NCBI GenBank assembly: GCA_016178705.1
Contig: JACOST010000028.1
Coordinates: forward strand, 4,951-68,950
Origin: Deltaproteobacteria bacterium
Lineage (GTDB): Bacteria > Desulfobacterota > Binatia > HRBIN30 > JACQVA1
Length of the DNA stretch: 64,000 nucleotides
Direction: 5' to 3'
This document shows positions 47,601-56,335 of the stretch, piece by piece. The first letter of the stretch is position 1; each line of letters opens with the position of its first letter. The translations under genes were made by a program, and so were the position numbers. Under the pieces are notes generated by a model that worked only from the letters and a program-made list of their open reading frames with translations, made no database searches and was not told where the DNA came from.

Positions 47601-49147
47601 AGGCGGAACCGCGCTTGTTCCGGTTCGAGCCGGGGAGCGACCGGCAAGCCCGGTAATCGGTCCCGCACCTCGGAGACCACTTCGGCGATGTCGGCCGCGC
47701 CCGGACCCATCTCCGCGGCGAGCAGTTTCGGTTCGCGCGTGTGCACATAGGCGCGGATCGCGTTGACCCACGGCCAATACGCCGGCGCGCCCTCGCCTTC
47801 GTGGCAACGCCCCCACAGCACTTGCGCGCCACGCATCTGCGCGTAGGTGGCGAGTTCTTCCGCGGTGCGGGTCTTGCCGATACCAGGTTCGCCGACGAGG
47901 AGAAGAATCCGGCCGCGGCCGGAGAGTGCGTCATCGAAGGCGGCGCGCAGTTGCTGGGTTTCCTTGTCGCGCCCCACGAAAATGCCGCTGGCGAGGCGAT
48001 CCAGTGGATTCACCGCCGGGCTTGACGCTGGTATCACTCCGGCGACGGCGCTCGGAGCGTTGGCGATTTGCGCGAGTCGCTCGCCAACGATCGCCGCGCT
48101 GGCGGGGCGCTGCGCTGGACTCTTCGCGAGCAATTGCAAGGTGAGCGCTTCCAGCTCGCGCGTGATGGCTGGATTGTGCCACGAGGGCGCGACCGGCGGT
48201 GTGTTGATGTGTTGGCTGATCACCGCGACCACATCGTCACCGAGAAAGGGTGGCCGGCCGGTCAGCAATTCGTACAGCAGTGCGCCGAGCGCGTAGAGGT
48301 CGACGCTGGCAGTCACCTCGCCGGACAGGGCCTGTTCAGGTGCCATGTAGGCGGCAGTGCCGACCATCGTCCCCATCTGCGTCAGGCGCGTCTGATCAAT
48401 GTCGAGCGCGAGACCGAAGTCCCCGAGCTTGGCGCTGCCGTCAGCGGCGAGCCACACGTTGCCGGGCTTGAGGTCGCGATGGATGACGCCTCGTGCGTGC
48501 GCGTGATCGAGCGCGAGGCAGATTTGCTGGGCGATGCGCAGGGCGTCGGTGATGGATAGGGGTGCACGGCTATGCGCCGCTACAGACTCTTCGCTGCCTA
48601 CTGCTCTCTGCCTACCGCCTACTGATTCACGCAGCAGATCATCCACGCTGCCGCCAGCCATGTACTGACTGACGATGTAGGCTTGTCCGTCCTCCTCGCC
48701 GATGTCGAAAACGGTGACGATGTGGGGATGATCGCCAAGCCGCGCCATCGCTTGCGCCTCGCGCTGAACGCGCGCGCGGCCCGCGTCGTCGAGCCCTTCG
48801 GTTTTGATCAACCCGAGCGCGACGTCGCGATCGAGCCGATGGTCGCGGGCGAGGTAGACGCGCTTGCGCGCGCCTTCGCCGAGGAGGCGCTGCACCCGAT
48901 AACGTCCGGAGGCGAAGGCAGCAGGCAGGTTGTTCGTGGTTAGGTTGTTGGTTGTTTGTGGAGGAGGGGCACTACCGATTGCGGTCGGCGTACCGGCTCC
49001 CAGTGAGGCACCACATTCGCCGCAGAACTTCTCTCCCGACTCGTTGAATGCTTGGCACTGTGGGCAGCGCAGCGCGAGCAGCGCGCCGCAGTCCGAGCAG
49101 AACATCCGACCTTCACGATTGTCGCGACCGCACGTTGCGCAACGCAT
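44666..49147 (-). CDS. Multidomain signalling protein: N-terminal double zinc-ribbon, Ser/Thr protein kinase, AAA(AAA_16-like) ATPase, TPR region and C-terminal class III adenylyl/guanylyl cyclase
   Basis: CxxC x4 at the N-terminus. HRDLKPGNV and DFGLA kinase motifs. LLVGEPGIGKTRTAEEL. C-terminal VTLMFSDIEGST...GDGFMIVF...RIGLHAGEV cyclase motifs. The ATPase-TPR core is ~collinear with the two regulators at 19-28 kb. Confidence 0.85.
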   Translation of the reverse strand: MRCATCGRDNREGRMFCSDCGALLALRCPQCQAFNESGEKFCGECGASLGAGTPTAIGSAPPPQTTNNLTTNNLPAAFASGRYRVQRLLGEGARKRVYLARDHRLDRDVALGLIKTEGLDDAGRARVQREAQAMARLGDHPHIVTVFDIGEEDGQAYIVSQYMAGGSVDDLLRESVGGRQRAVGSEESVAAHSRAPLSITDALRIAQQICLALDHAHARGVIHRDLKPGNVWLAADGSAKLGDFGLALDIDQTRLTQMGTMVGTAAYMAPEQALSGEVTASVDLYALGALLYELLTGRPPFLGDDVVAVISQHINTPPVAPSWHNPAITRELEALTLQLLAKSPAQRPASAAIVGERLAQIANAPSAVAGVIPASSPAVNPLDRLASGIFVGRDKETQQLRAAFDDALSGRGRILLLVGEPGIGKTRTAEELATYAQMRGAQVLWGRCHEGEGAPAYWPWVNAIRAYVHTREPKLLAAEMGPGAADIAEVVSEVRDRLPGLPVAPRLEPEQARFRLFESVTTFLRNASRAKPLVVVLDDLHWADKPSLLLLEFLAREIGDARLLLMGTYRDVELGRQHPLEQTLAELVRNQRGERVLLRGLSGDDVARFIELTAGRTPPPALVEAVYRETEGNPFFITEVVRLLQSDGRLDRADTVASWSVEIPQGVRQVIGRRLSTLSERCNQVLTIAAVLGREFELRVLPGVSELSVDAVAEALDEAEAARIIAPLPPVAGRYRFSHALIRETLYGELRTAQRIRSHRRAAEVLEALYGTKPEPHLAELAHHFCEAAPGGDVGKAVDYAVRAAERASALLAFEEAANHYERALQTLEVGTTVDGRRRCEILLALATAEICSGSVPKADEADRRALALARELDDAELFARAALGLAINVGTPFSMSAIDERSQALNEAMERLGDAPTLLRVRILYALTVVRGWVETNDDRDARLWHAIDLARSIDDPESLRVAIHLQASVFFLGLSVRSDERRGLLTESLRLAVETGDREQEFRTRTNILRECIRSGDGEGVDRELVHLQRLAVELRQRDFVRIVDQTLADRALWRGHLDEAERCIQAALGRREHAPEAAFQVFVTQVGALRRFQGRLTEVERGTRRGRDLYPNVEGYSIHLACYLAELARDAEARAEFDRIAQAGFATLRDSNYLMNLALLADTCTLLRDSECAKELYRTLLPYEQLYLHFAHATTYGAATRALGNLAGVMRYYEGAARHFEDALAMDRRLGARAWEARTQIDYARMRLDRDGPGDREQARVLLGAALATSQELGLKGWLDMALALKLRAQGVESGTMTTSIEVVAADVQRHRPDLRSVAASDGSVTLMFSDIEGSTVINERLGDRKWLDVLRAHNAIVREHVAAHNGVEVKSQGDGFMIVFQSARRALHCAIAMQRGFTAYNQRHADEPLRVRIGLHAGEVIREADDFFGKNVVLAARIAGTAQGGEILVSAALQAATGDTAARFGAPREVALKGITEPQRIHAVAWDAD
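48594..48624. repeat. TAGGCAG-like heptamer array embedded in-frame inside the kinase domain of 44666..49147
   Basis: ctgcctactgctctctgcctaccgcctactg encodes VGGRQRAVGSEE on the minus strand. Confidence 0.7.
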
Positions 49148-49233
49148 CCCCTACTCCTGGGTGACGCGGGATAGGACGGTGGTGTTCAACGACACGGGTC
49201 TCCGCGCCCCTCACGACGCCACATCGCGGGAAC

Positions 49234-49623
49234 TCACGCTGTCTTCAGGCCCAAATGGTCGACCATCGGATCGAAGTCGCGATCGGAGTAGAGCAGCGGC
49301 AATTTCCGCTCAATGCAGTAGGTGCCGATCATCACGTCGACCGTCTTTCGCACCGTCACGCCGGCGGCGCGCAGCGCGCGGTAGTTGCGTGCGGCGCGAA
49401 CGGCCAGGGTAGGACCGAACATGCTGACCACGGGGAACACTCTGAGCAGGCGGTATGCACGGCCAAACGCCTGCTCGCTCCGGAAACCTTGTAACACCTC
49501 GGTCAGCACGAGATCACCAATCACGATGGGTTGCTCTCCGAGCGCTTCGTGGAGTCGGTCGGTTTGCGGTGTCGCGCGACCGTTGAAGTAATCGATCCAC
49601 ACCGACGAATCGACGGCGATCAT
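49234..49623 (-). CDS. vapC: Type II toxin VapC (PIN-domain ribonuclease)
   Basis: MIAVDSSVWIDYF...TEVLQG...PIN acidic residues. 4-bp overlap with the upstream antitoxin. Confidence 0.85.
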   Translation of the reverse strand: MIAVDSSVWIDYFNGRATPQTDRLHEALGEQPIVIGDLVLTEVLQGFRSEQAFGRAYRLLRVFPVVSMFGPTLAVRAARNYRALRAAGVTVRKTVDVMIGTYCIERKLPLLYSDRDFDPMVDHLGLKTA

Positions 49624-49820
49624 GCACGGCCATCGGCTCGCATGGCGTCCAGATCACCCTCCCAGCGCAGCTTGCCGCGCCACGCCTTGAGCGCGCGCTG
49701 GCGTTGCAAGCGCACGAGCACGCGGAGCCCTTCCTCCACAACGGCTCGCTTGGTCCGGATGCCGGTGGCTCGCTGCGCTGCGGCGATCAGCTTCTCATCA
49801 ATCACGATGTTGGTTCGCAT
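49620..49820 (-). CDS. vapB: Type II antitoxin VapB
   Basis: 66 aa. MRTNIVIDEKLIAAAQRATG. RBS GGGGAGA. Confidence 0.75.
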   Translation of the reverse strand: MRTNIVIDEKLIAAAQRATGIRTKRAVVEEGLRVLVRLQRQRALKAWRGKLRWEGDLDAMRADGRA

Positions 49821-50015
49821 GCATCTCCCCTCGATGTGTATGAGCGAGCATACGTATACACACTCTTGGTGCGAGCGACAACGATTTCGTTCTATGCAGG
49901 ATGGCGGCGAGAAACGTGCGGCGACGCCGAATCGCCGCACCGCGAGGATGCGCTCGGAGGCGTGATCGAGGCGGGCGATGCCAGAACGACATCGCCCGCC
50001 CGTGTGTGCGGATGC

Positions 50016-51038
50016 TTACTGGGTGTTGAGTTCGACGCGACGGTTCTGCTGCATCCCGTCGGCCGTCTTGTTGGTCGCCACCGGGTTTGCCTCGCCGAAG
50101 CCGACGATCTTGACTAAGCGGCTCTTCGGAACGCCACCCTTCTCCAGGTACTCGGCCACCGAGTTCGCGCGCTGCTCGGAGAGGTGTTGGTTGTACGCGT
50201 CGCCGCCGCGGCTGTCGGTGTGACCTTCGACCGACACGTTCACGTCACCGTTCTCCTTGAGCGTCGAGATCGCCTCGTCGAGAATCGGCTTCGCATCAGC
50301 TCGGATATTCCACTTGGCGGTGTCGAAGTGGACGCCGCGGAGCACGATCTTCTTCTTCATCGGCGCGGGCGGTGGCGGGGCTGGTGCTTCCGCCACGACG
50401 GGGGCAGGCTTCGGTGCCGGCGGTGGCGCATTGAAGGAGTACTTCATCGAGATGCCACCGGTCAGCCACTGCGCGTCCGATGGACCCTGTTGGTCGGGTT
50501 GTTGACCGATCAGTTGGTCCGGCTTCGGCGACATGTAGGCACGGTTCCATCGCCCCGACACGCCGACTGCGACTTGCGGCGTGAGGTTGTAGTCGAGGCC
50601 GCCGCCGACCGAGAAGCCGGGCGCTGAGTGTGTAAGGCTGCCGCTGACGCCGGCAAAGTATCCACCTTGCGCCGTCGCGTAGAACTCGAAAAGGTCGCCG
50701 AGCGGCAGTGACAAGCGCGGACCGACCGCGCCGCCGAGCACCGTGGTCATTTGGTTCTGGTTGTCGAGTCGGTGAGCGATGTTGGGGCGACTATCGTTGT
50801 CAGGCTCCAACGTGGTGGCGAGAAGCTGCGCTTGCACGCCGAGGTACTTGTTGAACATATATCCGGCGAACGGATTGCCGGCGACGCCTTCCTCTGCGTG
50901 CGCGAGGAAGGCATCGTTCGTCGGTTTTGCATAGCCAATGTCGACGCCGATATACGGGCCCTCGGCGGCACGTACGGACGACGCGACGGCCAATAGGCCT
51001 ATCGACAGCGACGCAAGAAGCGTTCGTGAACGTTTCAT
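50016..51038 (-). CDS. OmpA family outer-membrane protein (beta-barrel N-domain, Pro-rich linker, OmpA_C peptidoglycan-binding domain)
   Basis: Signal peptide. C-terminal NVSVEGHTDSRGGDAYNQHLSEQRANSV...RRVELN. Confidence 0.85.
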   Translation of the reverse strand: MKRSRTLLASLSIGLLAVASSVRAAEGPYIGVDIGYAKPTNDAFLAHAEEGVAGNPFAGYMFNKYLGVQAQLLATTLEPDNDSRPNIAHRLDNQNQMTTVLGGAVGPRLSLPLGDLFEFYATAQGGYFAGVSGSLTHSAPGFSVGGGLDYNLTPQVAVGVSGRWNRAYMSPKPDQLIGQQPDQQGPSDAQWLTGGISMKYSFNAPPPAPKPAPVVAEAPAPPPPAPMKKKIVLRGVHFDTAKWNIRADAKPILDEAISTLKENGDVNVSVEGHTDSRGGDAYNQHLSEQRANSVAEYLEKGGVPKSRLVKIVGFGEANPVATNKTADGMQQNRRVELNTQ

Positions 51039-51252
51039 ATGCACCCTCCTTAACGCTATTGGCAGACGGAACAACTGCGACTGTTGGGCTCCGCTCATCG
51101 TACCCATCCTCAACCTACCCGCTTCGGCAACTAGAGGACTTCGAGCAAGAAGTCAAGTGCAGAAGCTGCTGTAAGTAGGTAAACAGTCGTGTCTATCTAG
51201 TCTTGAAGCTCGGCCGTGCAATGCCCGGCGCCGGCGGTGGACATGACCGTCG

Positions 51253-54200
51253 TCAGGAACCGGCGGTGCCGATTTGGACTGTCACTGAGGGCGTGGCATC
51301 GAGGATGTCTGCCGCGGGTTCGTGACGGGTAATGCGCTGAGCGTCGATGCCGTGCAATTCGCGCAGCGCCTGTTCGACGTACGCAAGGCGTCCGTTCGCC
51401 AACGCGCGCAATTCCTCAGGGGCGATCGCGGGGCGCTCAGCTAACCAGCTATCGAGCGTGGCGGCGTCGTCCGGCGACAACTCGCCGGGCTCGTCATTCG
51501 CCCGCGCATCGAGGGCGTGTTGGATGATCTCACGAGTGCCGCGCTGCGGCAGCCCGCGCAGCTTGCTCAGCAAGCCCTGCTTGCCCCACTCGGCGCGCAG
51601 CGCTTGCTCGCGCAGCCAACGCACGTCGGCGGTGGTGACGGCGGTTTCGAGGGTGACGCCGATGGCGGGCCGGCCGGCGACGAAGCCCGCCAAACGCGTG
51701 AGCTGCTCCTCGCCTTCGCTGGCGAGTGCGCTGCGCCCAGGGCGAAAGGCGATCGTGGGCGGCGCGCTGGTGGCGACCTTGCCGTCGCTGAACACACCGC
51801 CGACGAGTTTGAGCGGCGAGGTGAGCGCACCGACGATGGCGCTCTGCAGCGCACTGCGCACGACAGTGCCGAGACCGACCTGCATGCCCTCTGCGTCGGC
51901 GGTGACCGGAATGCCCAGCGCGATGTCCCCCTGCGGATCGCGCATCAATGCAAGCGCGAACGACAGTGGAATGCCGAATTGCTGCTGGAACAGCGAGTCA
52001 CCGCTCGCCCCCTGCACATCAAGGCCGTGGAGAGTCAGCCAGTTGTCCGCATCGTAGCGTCCGTTGCCAACGCTGACCTTGGACGTCAAGGAGACCGCAC
52101 CATCCCCGATGCTATAGCTCGAATAGTGCGCTGCATACGGATTGAATGGCAGCAGCAAGAGGTGGTCGGCATTCACCTCGATCCAGCCCGCACCGTCGCG
52201 CGCGAGCGCACCGAAGATGCTGAGCTTGCCTTCCGTGGCGCTGGTGGCGTCGATTCGCAAATCACTCACGGTCGGATCGGGCCAGCGCAGATCGCGCGCC
52301 GAAATGTTGAGGGGGGCGAGGCCGCCGTTGAAAAATGGCTTCACCGCGCGATCGTCCACCGCGATTCGCCCGTTCGCCAGCCTGAACGAAGCGAGCGTTA
52401 CTTCGAAGGGTCGCGGCGGTGTGGCGGACTCCGGCGGTGTGGGCGGTGTCGCCGGCGCCGCGGCATCACCCGAGAATTTCGGCAGCACGAGACCCTCGGG
52501 CACTCGGGTCAGTTGGACGGTGGGATCGGTGAGGCGAAGGTCGCCGAGTGCGACCCGTAACGGACGCGCCGGCACATTCTGCTCGGTGGCAGGCACGATG
52601 AGTTCGGTGATCGGCAGATCGAGCGACCGAGTCGCCACGTTGAAAGTCTTCGGATCGGCGCCAACCAGCCGCAGATCGCTGAGCGTGAGGCGCCCGCGAG
52701 TGCGCAGATCGGCAGGCTGCGCGATCGGCGCCACCAACTCTGCGAGCGCAAGTTCGAGCGAGTGCAGAGTCAGCGTGAAGGCCTGCGAGCCGACACTGGC
52801 GATCTTTACGTCGCTGACCGTCAGCTGGCCACCCGCGTGCAGCGGACCAGCGATCGTGTTGGCATCGTCAGTCGAGGCGGCTGGCAGCAGCGCAGCGGCG
52901 AGCACCTCCGTGATCGCCAGGTCGATCGAGTGGATTCCAACGGTCACGCGCTGCGGATCCGGAGTAGTCGCGCCGAGGTCGGCCAGGGAGAGCTTGCCCC
53001 GTACTCGCAGATCACGTGCCGCAAGCGGACTTCCGTTTGCCGCCGCTATACCGGCTTCGACGGTCACGTCCGCGGCGAGCCGAGCGGACTGCAACTGATC
53101 GGGGGGCAGCGCGCCTGTCGTCGCGATCAACTCGGGCAGCGAGAGATCGGTGATGCGGACCGTGCCCGCAAATCCCAGCGGCGCAATCCGCGCGGCTCCA
53201 TCGACGTTCAGCGAGCCCGTGCCCACACTGAGCGCTAGCTGAACTTGCGCGGGGCGTTCGGCGTCGTCTGCGAGGTCGCTGGCCGAAACCCCGACACCAA
53301 CATCGAGCGGCGCGGCCGCACCGAGCACGTGCACGTGCGAGTCGGACAGGTGCAGGGCTGTTACGGTCCAGTGCCACGGAGCTTCCGGAGCGTCGGCGGG
53401 TGGGGGTGGCGGCGGTGCGGCTGTGTTCGATGGAGCTGCGTGGGGCCCGCCCGCCAGCAATGGCAACGAGTCGCTGCCCTGCGCGCGAACAGGAAGCTCC
53501 AGGCCAACGAGATCGACCGCTCCGACAACGACGCGATGATTGCTCAGATCGACGGGGTCGACCTTCACCGTCAGGGTTTGCCAGGCGAGCGCCGGTTCGT
53601 CGAAGTTCGGGACGCGCACGCTGACGTCACGCAACGTCACCGCGCCGCGCAATTCGTTCTGTGTCCCAGTGTCGAATCGGTAGGCCAGCGTTGCGTCGAG
53701 CGCGCCTTGCAGCGCGTTCCAGCCGACGTTCGGGATGTACAACCGGGCGCGTTGGATCGGCAGGTTCTTGGCTTCCACCTCGGTGTCAAACTTGACCCCC
53801 GCTTCACTCAACGTCAGATGCGCGTCGATGGTGAGCGATCCCTGCTCGAGCGCGAGCGCTAGGTGCAGATGCGCCGGCTCGCCGTAGAAGCCGGGGCTAA
53901 CGGCTATGCCGGTGACTTCAACAGCGTCGATGGAGCTATCGATCGGTTCGCTGTCCTTGATTTTCAAGTCGCGAAAGCGCACCCCACCATCGCGCAGGAC
54001 AAAGCGGTCGAGTCCGAAGCCCCAGCCAGACGCCGCTGCGGCGGGTGCCGCGGTGGGCGTGGCACTCTCTGGGGTGTTCTCCGGTGTCGGGGCTGGAGTG
54101 CTACTCGCTGGTACAAGTGCGAGCAAATTGATCCCGCCGTCGGCCAGCCGATCGAGCGCAACGCGGGGCGACTCCAACACGACCTCGCGCAGTTGGATCG

Positions 54201-54525
54201 TCTTGCGGAACAGCGGCAGCCACCGTACTTCGATGGCGAATCGCTTCCAGGCGATGAGCGGCGGCGCGGTGTTGGGCACATCCTCCGGCGAGCCGTTAGG
54301 TAGCGCCGCCCGCACGGTCACATCCTTCAGGGCGATGCCACCACGCAGCAGCGCGAGATCGACATCCCCAATTTCCACCTGCGCGTGCAACGCCTGCGAG
54401 GCTTGCGACATCGCGACCCGGCGAACGATCGCGGGCAACGCGATGCGGATGATGAACACCACGGCGAGCACAGTCAGCCAGCGGCGCCAGCGGTACAGGT
54501 GGGGGAGCAGCAACGAGGGAGACAT
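51253..54525 (-). CDS. Large AsmA-like / DUF748-family envelope protein with an N-terminal membrane anchor
   Basis: 1090 aa. N-terminal TM. Repetitive beta-rich sequence typical of the AsmA/TamB-like family. Assignment by overall pattern only. Confidence 0.5.
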   Translation of the reverse strand: MSPSLLLPHLYRWRRWLTVLAVVFIIRIALPAIVRRVAMSQASQALHAQVEIGDVDLALLRGGIALKDVTVRAALPNGSPEDVPNTAPPLIAWKRFAIEVRWLPLFRKTIQLREVVLESPRVALDRLADGGINLLALVPASSTPAPTPENTPESATPTAAPAAAASGWGFGLDRFVLRDGGVRFRDLKIKDSEPIDSSIDAVEVTGIAVSPGFYGEPAHLHLALALEQGSLTIDAHLTLSEAGVKFDTEVEAKNLPIQRARLYIPNVGWNALQGALDATLAYRFDTGTQNELRGAVTLRDVSVRVPNFDEPALAWQTLTVKVDPVDLSNHRVVVGAVDLVGLELPVRAQGSDSLPLLAGGPHAAPSNTAAPPPPPPADAPEAPWHWTVTALHLSDSHVHVLGAAAPLDVGVGVSASDLADDAERPAQVQLALSVGTGSLNVDGAARIAPLGFAGTVRITDLSLPELIATTGALPPDQLQSARLAADVTVEAGIAAANGSPLAARDLRVRGKLSLADLGATTPDPQRVTVGIHSIDLAITEVLAAALLPAASTDDANTIAGPLHAGGQLTVSDVKIASVGSQAFTLTLHSLELALAELVAPIAQPADLRTRGRLTLSDLRLVGADPKTFNVATRSLDLPITELIVPATEQNVPARPLRVALGDLRLTDPTVQLTRVPEGLVLPKFSGDAAAPATPPTPPESATPPRPFEVTLASFRLANGRIAVDDRAVKPFFNGGLAPLNISARDLRWPDPTVSDLRIDATSATEGKLSIFGALARDGAGWIEVNADHLLLLPFNPYAAHYSSYSIGDGAVSLTSKVSVGNGRYDADNWLTLHGLDVQGASGDSLFQQQFGIPLSFALALMRDPQGDIALGIPVTADAEGMQVGLGTVVRSALQSAIVGALTSPLKLVGGVFSDGKVATSAPPTIAFRPGRSALASEGEEQLTRLAGFVAGRPAIGVTLETAVTTADVRWLREQALRAEWGKQGLLSKLRGLPQRGTREIIQHALDARANDEPGELSPDDAATLDSWLAERPAIAPEELRALANGRLAYVEQALRELHGIDAQRITRHEPAADILDATPSVTVQIGTAGS

Positions 54526-54606
54526 CGTCGTGGCGTTCAGGCAATGAGTGGCATCTCTACACCGTCTGGTGGCGGCAGAGTAGAGCCCACGTGGGGAAGG
54601 ATCGAG

Positions 54607-55311
54607 TTAGGGCGTTCCGCTGCCGCTGTCCGCACACGGTGGAGTGCCGGCGTTGGCGACGAGACGGCTGAGGAGGATCTGGTCGTCGGGCACCAGTGCG
54701 GATTTGTGCGCCAGACAGAGACAGAGGTGCGGATAGGCCGGGACCATGTCGCCGAGGGCGATGTAGGCTTCGGCCAGGCGCAGATGATTTTCGAGCGTAT
54801 CGGGAAACGTCACCACCAGACCTTCGAGCAGTTCGACGCCGACTTCGGAGTCGCCGTGCGTGAGCAGCGTGCTGGGCGCGATCACGTACATCGTGCCGAG
54901 CAGTCGCGTCGCGGCGCCGTCGCGAAAGCTCGGGTCGAGTTCGCGGCTGCGGCGGGCACAGCGCTCGATGTCCCCGATCAAGTTGGCGCCGAGCAGGCCC
55001 CGCTGTTGGACGAATCGCCCGGTCACCGCGGCGCGCGCGAACATCGCGGGCGCCGTGTCCTCTTCGTGCGTGTGCACGATCTTGTAAGCGTACTCGCGAT
55101 CGGCGGGGGTATCGGTGCGGGCATTGATCAACGCTTCGAGCGCGTCGCTCAGCGCCAATACGTCGTTGCTTTGTGCGGCGGCCGTGACTTCGGGGTGAAC
55201 GGGCTTGCGGCCGGCACACGCGGACAGCAGGCAGAAGACGATCGCGAGCCACCAAACGGGGCGCAGCGCCAGAATGGGGCGGCATGCAATGATGCGAACG
55301 GAACACATCAT
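54607..55311 (-). CDS. Lipoprotein of unknown function
   Basis: Lipobox LLSAC. 234 aa. Confidence 0.5.
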   Translation of the reverse strand: MMCSVRIIACRPILALRPVWWLAIVFCLLSACAGRKPVHPEVTAAAQSNDVLALSDALEALINARTDTPADREYAYKIVHTHEEDTAPAMFARAAVTGRFVQQRGLLGANLIGDIERCARRSRELDPSFRDGAATRLLGTMYVIAPSTLLTHGDSEVGVELLEGLVVTFPDTLENHLRLAEAYIALGDMVPAYPHLCLCLAHKSALVPDDQILLSRLVANAGTPPCADSGSGTP

Positions 55312-55337
55312 GTGAATTGAAAGCTGCGAGAACTCGG

Positions 55338-56153
55338 CTAGTGGCCGTACGCGGCAATCGCGGCGGCGTAGTCTTCACCGCCAGTGGCGCTGAGCGAAAC
55401 AATACCGACTTCGCCGCAGGCACCATGGCCATCGTCAGCGCACACCTTGCTCAGGTTGTCCTCGAAACGTTTGCGCTCGGCAGCGGGCACCGCCGGAAAT
55501 GCCACCACCGCCATCGGCGGCAACTGCGCGCCCTGCCACACGGTGTGGATGCCGGCCGCGCCCTCGAGGTGCGGCAATTCCGCCAACTGCGCATCGTCAA
55601 TCAGGGCGCACACCGCCTCGCCGTTCAAAACCTTCTTGATCGTCTGCAGCGGTCGTTGGGTTTGCATCATCGTGAACTCGCTCAGCTTGAACTCGTTGCG
55701 GGCGACGACCCGCTCGATGAAGCGCACGTCATCGGTATGGTCGCTGGCGAGCGTCTTGCCCTTGCACCCGGCGAGATCCGAGGCGCTCTGGCTGATGATC
55801 GAGTACTGCCGCCCGCCCACCAGTGACACGGCAACCTGACCGATGATCTCAAGGTGGTACTTGTCTTTCAACCCCAAGAACGCCGCCAGGGACAGGATGC
55901 CGTAGTGGGGATGCTGCGCGCTGATGAACGCCTCCGCCGCGCTGCGACTGACGTAGTACTCGCCTTTGGCGCTCGGCCAATCGTTGAGTTCGGCTGCCAG
56001 TGCAACGAACTTGTCGAGGTACGGCTGCGCCAGCGCCGGGCTACCGACTCCGTGCTCCTTCAAGACGAGAATACTCACGCTCGGGCCATCACCTTCGGCG
56101 AAGGCCGTCGCCGAGCCGGTCACTGCGGCGAGCGCAATTGCGAACTGGAGCAT
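55338..56153 (-). CDS. Periplasmic protein, possibly PhnD/SsuA-like substrate-binding fold
   Basis: Signal peptide MLQFAIALAAVTGSATAFA. Weak family call. Confidence 0.4.
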   Translation of the reverse strand: MLQFAIALAAVTGSATAFAEGDGPSVSILVLKEHGVGSPALAQPYLDKFVALAAELNDWPSAKGEYYVSRSAAEAFISAQHPHYGILSLAAFLGLKDKYHLEIIGQVAVSLVGGRQYSIISQSASDLAGCKGKTLASDHTDDVRFIERVVARNEFKLSEFTMMQTQRPLQTIKKVLNGEAVCALIDDAQLAELPHLEGAAGIHTVWQGAQLPPMAVVAFPAVPAAERKRFEDNLSKVCADDGHGACGEVGIVSLSATGGEDYAAAIAAYGH

Positions 56154-56335
56154 GACAATGACAGAGACGCGCACCCGTGGACCTCCTCCTGTGCGAACGC
56201 CGATGGGGCGAAGCGCGAAACCGCTGTGCATTCACTACCGCTCGAAGACGCGCCGACATTCACGCCGGCCCTTTTGCCCCAAATTGCGGCGAAAGGATAG
56301 ATCCCCGAAGCGGGTATTCCAACCGGGGGCGAAGC

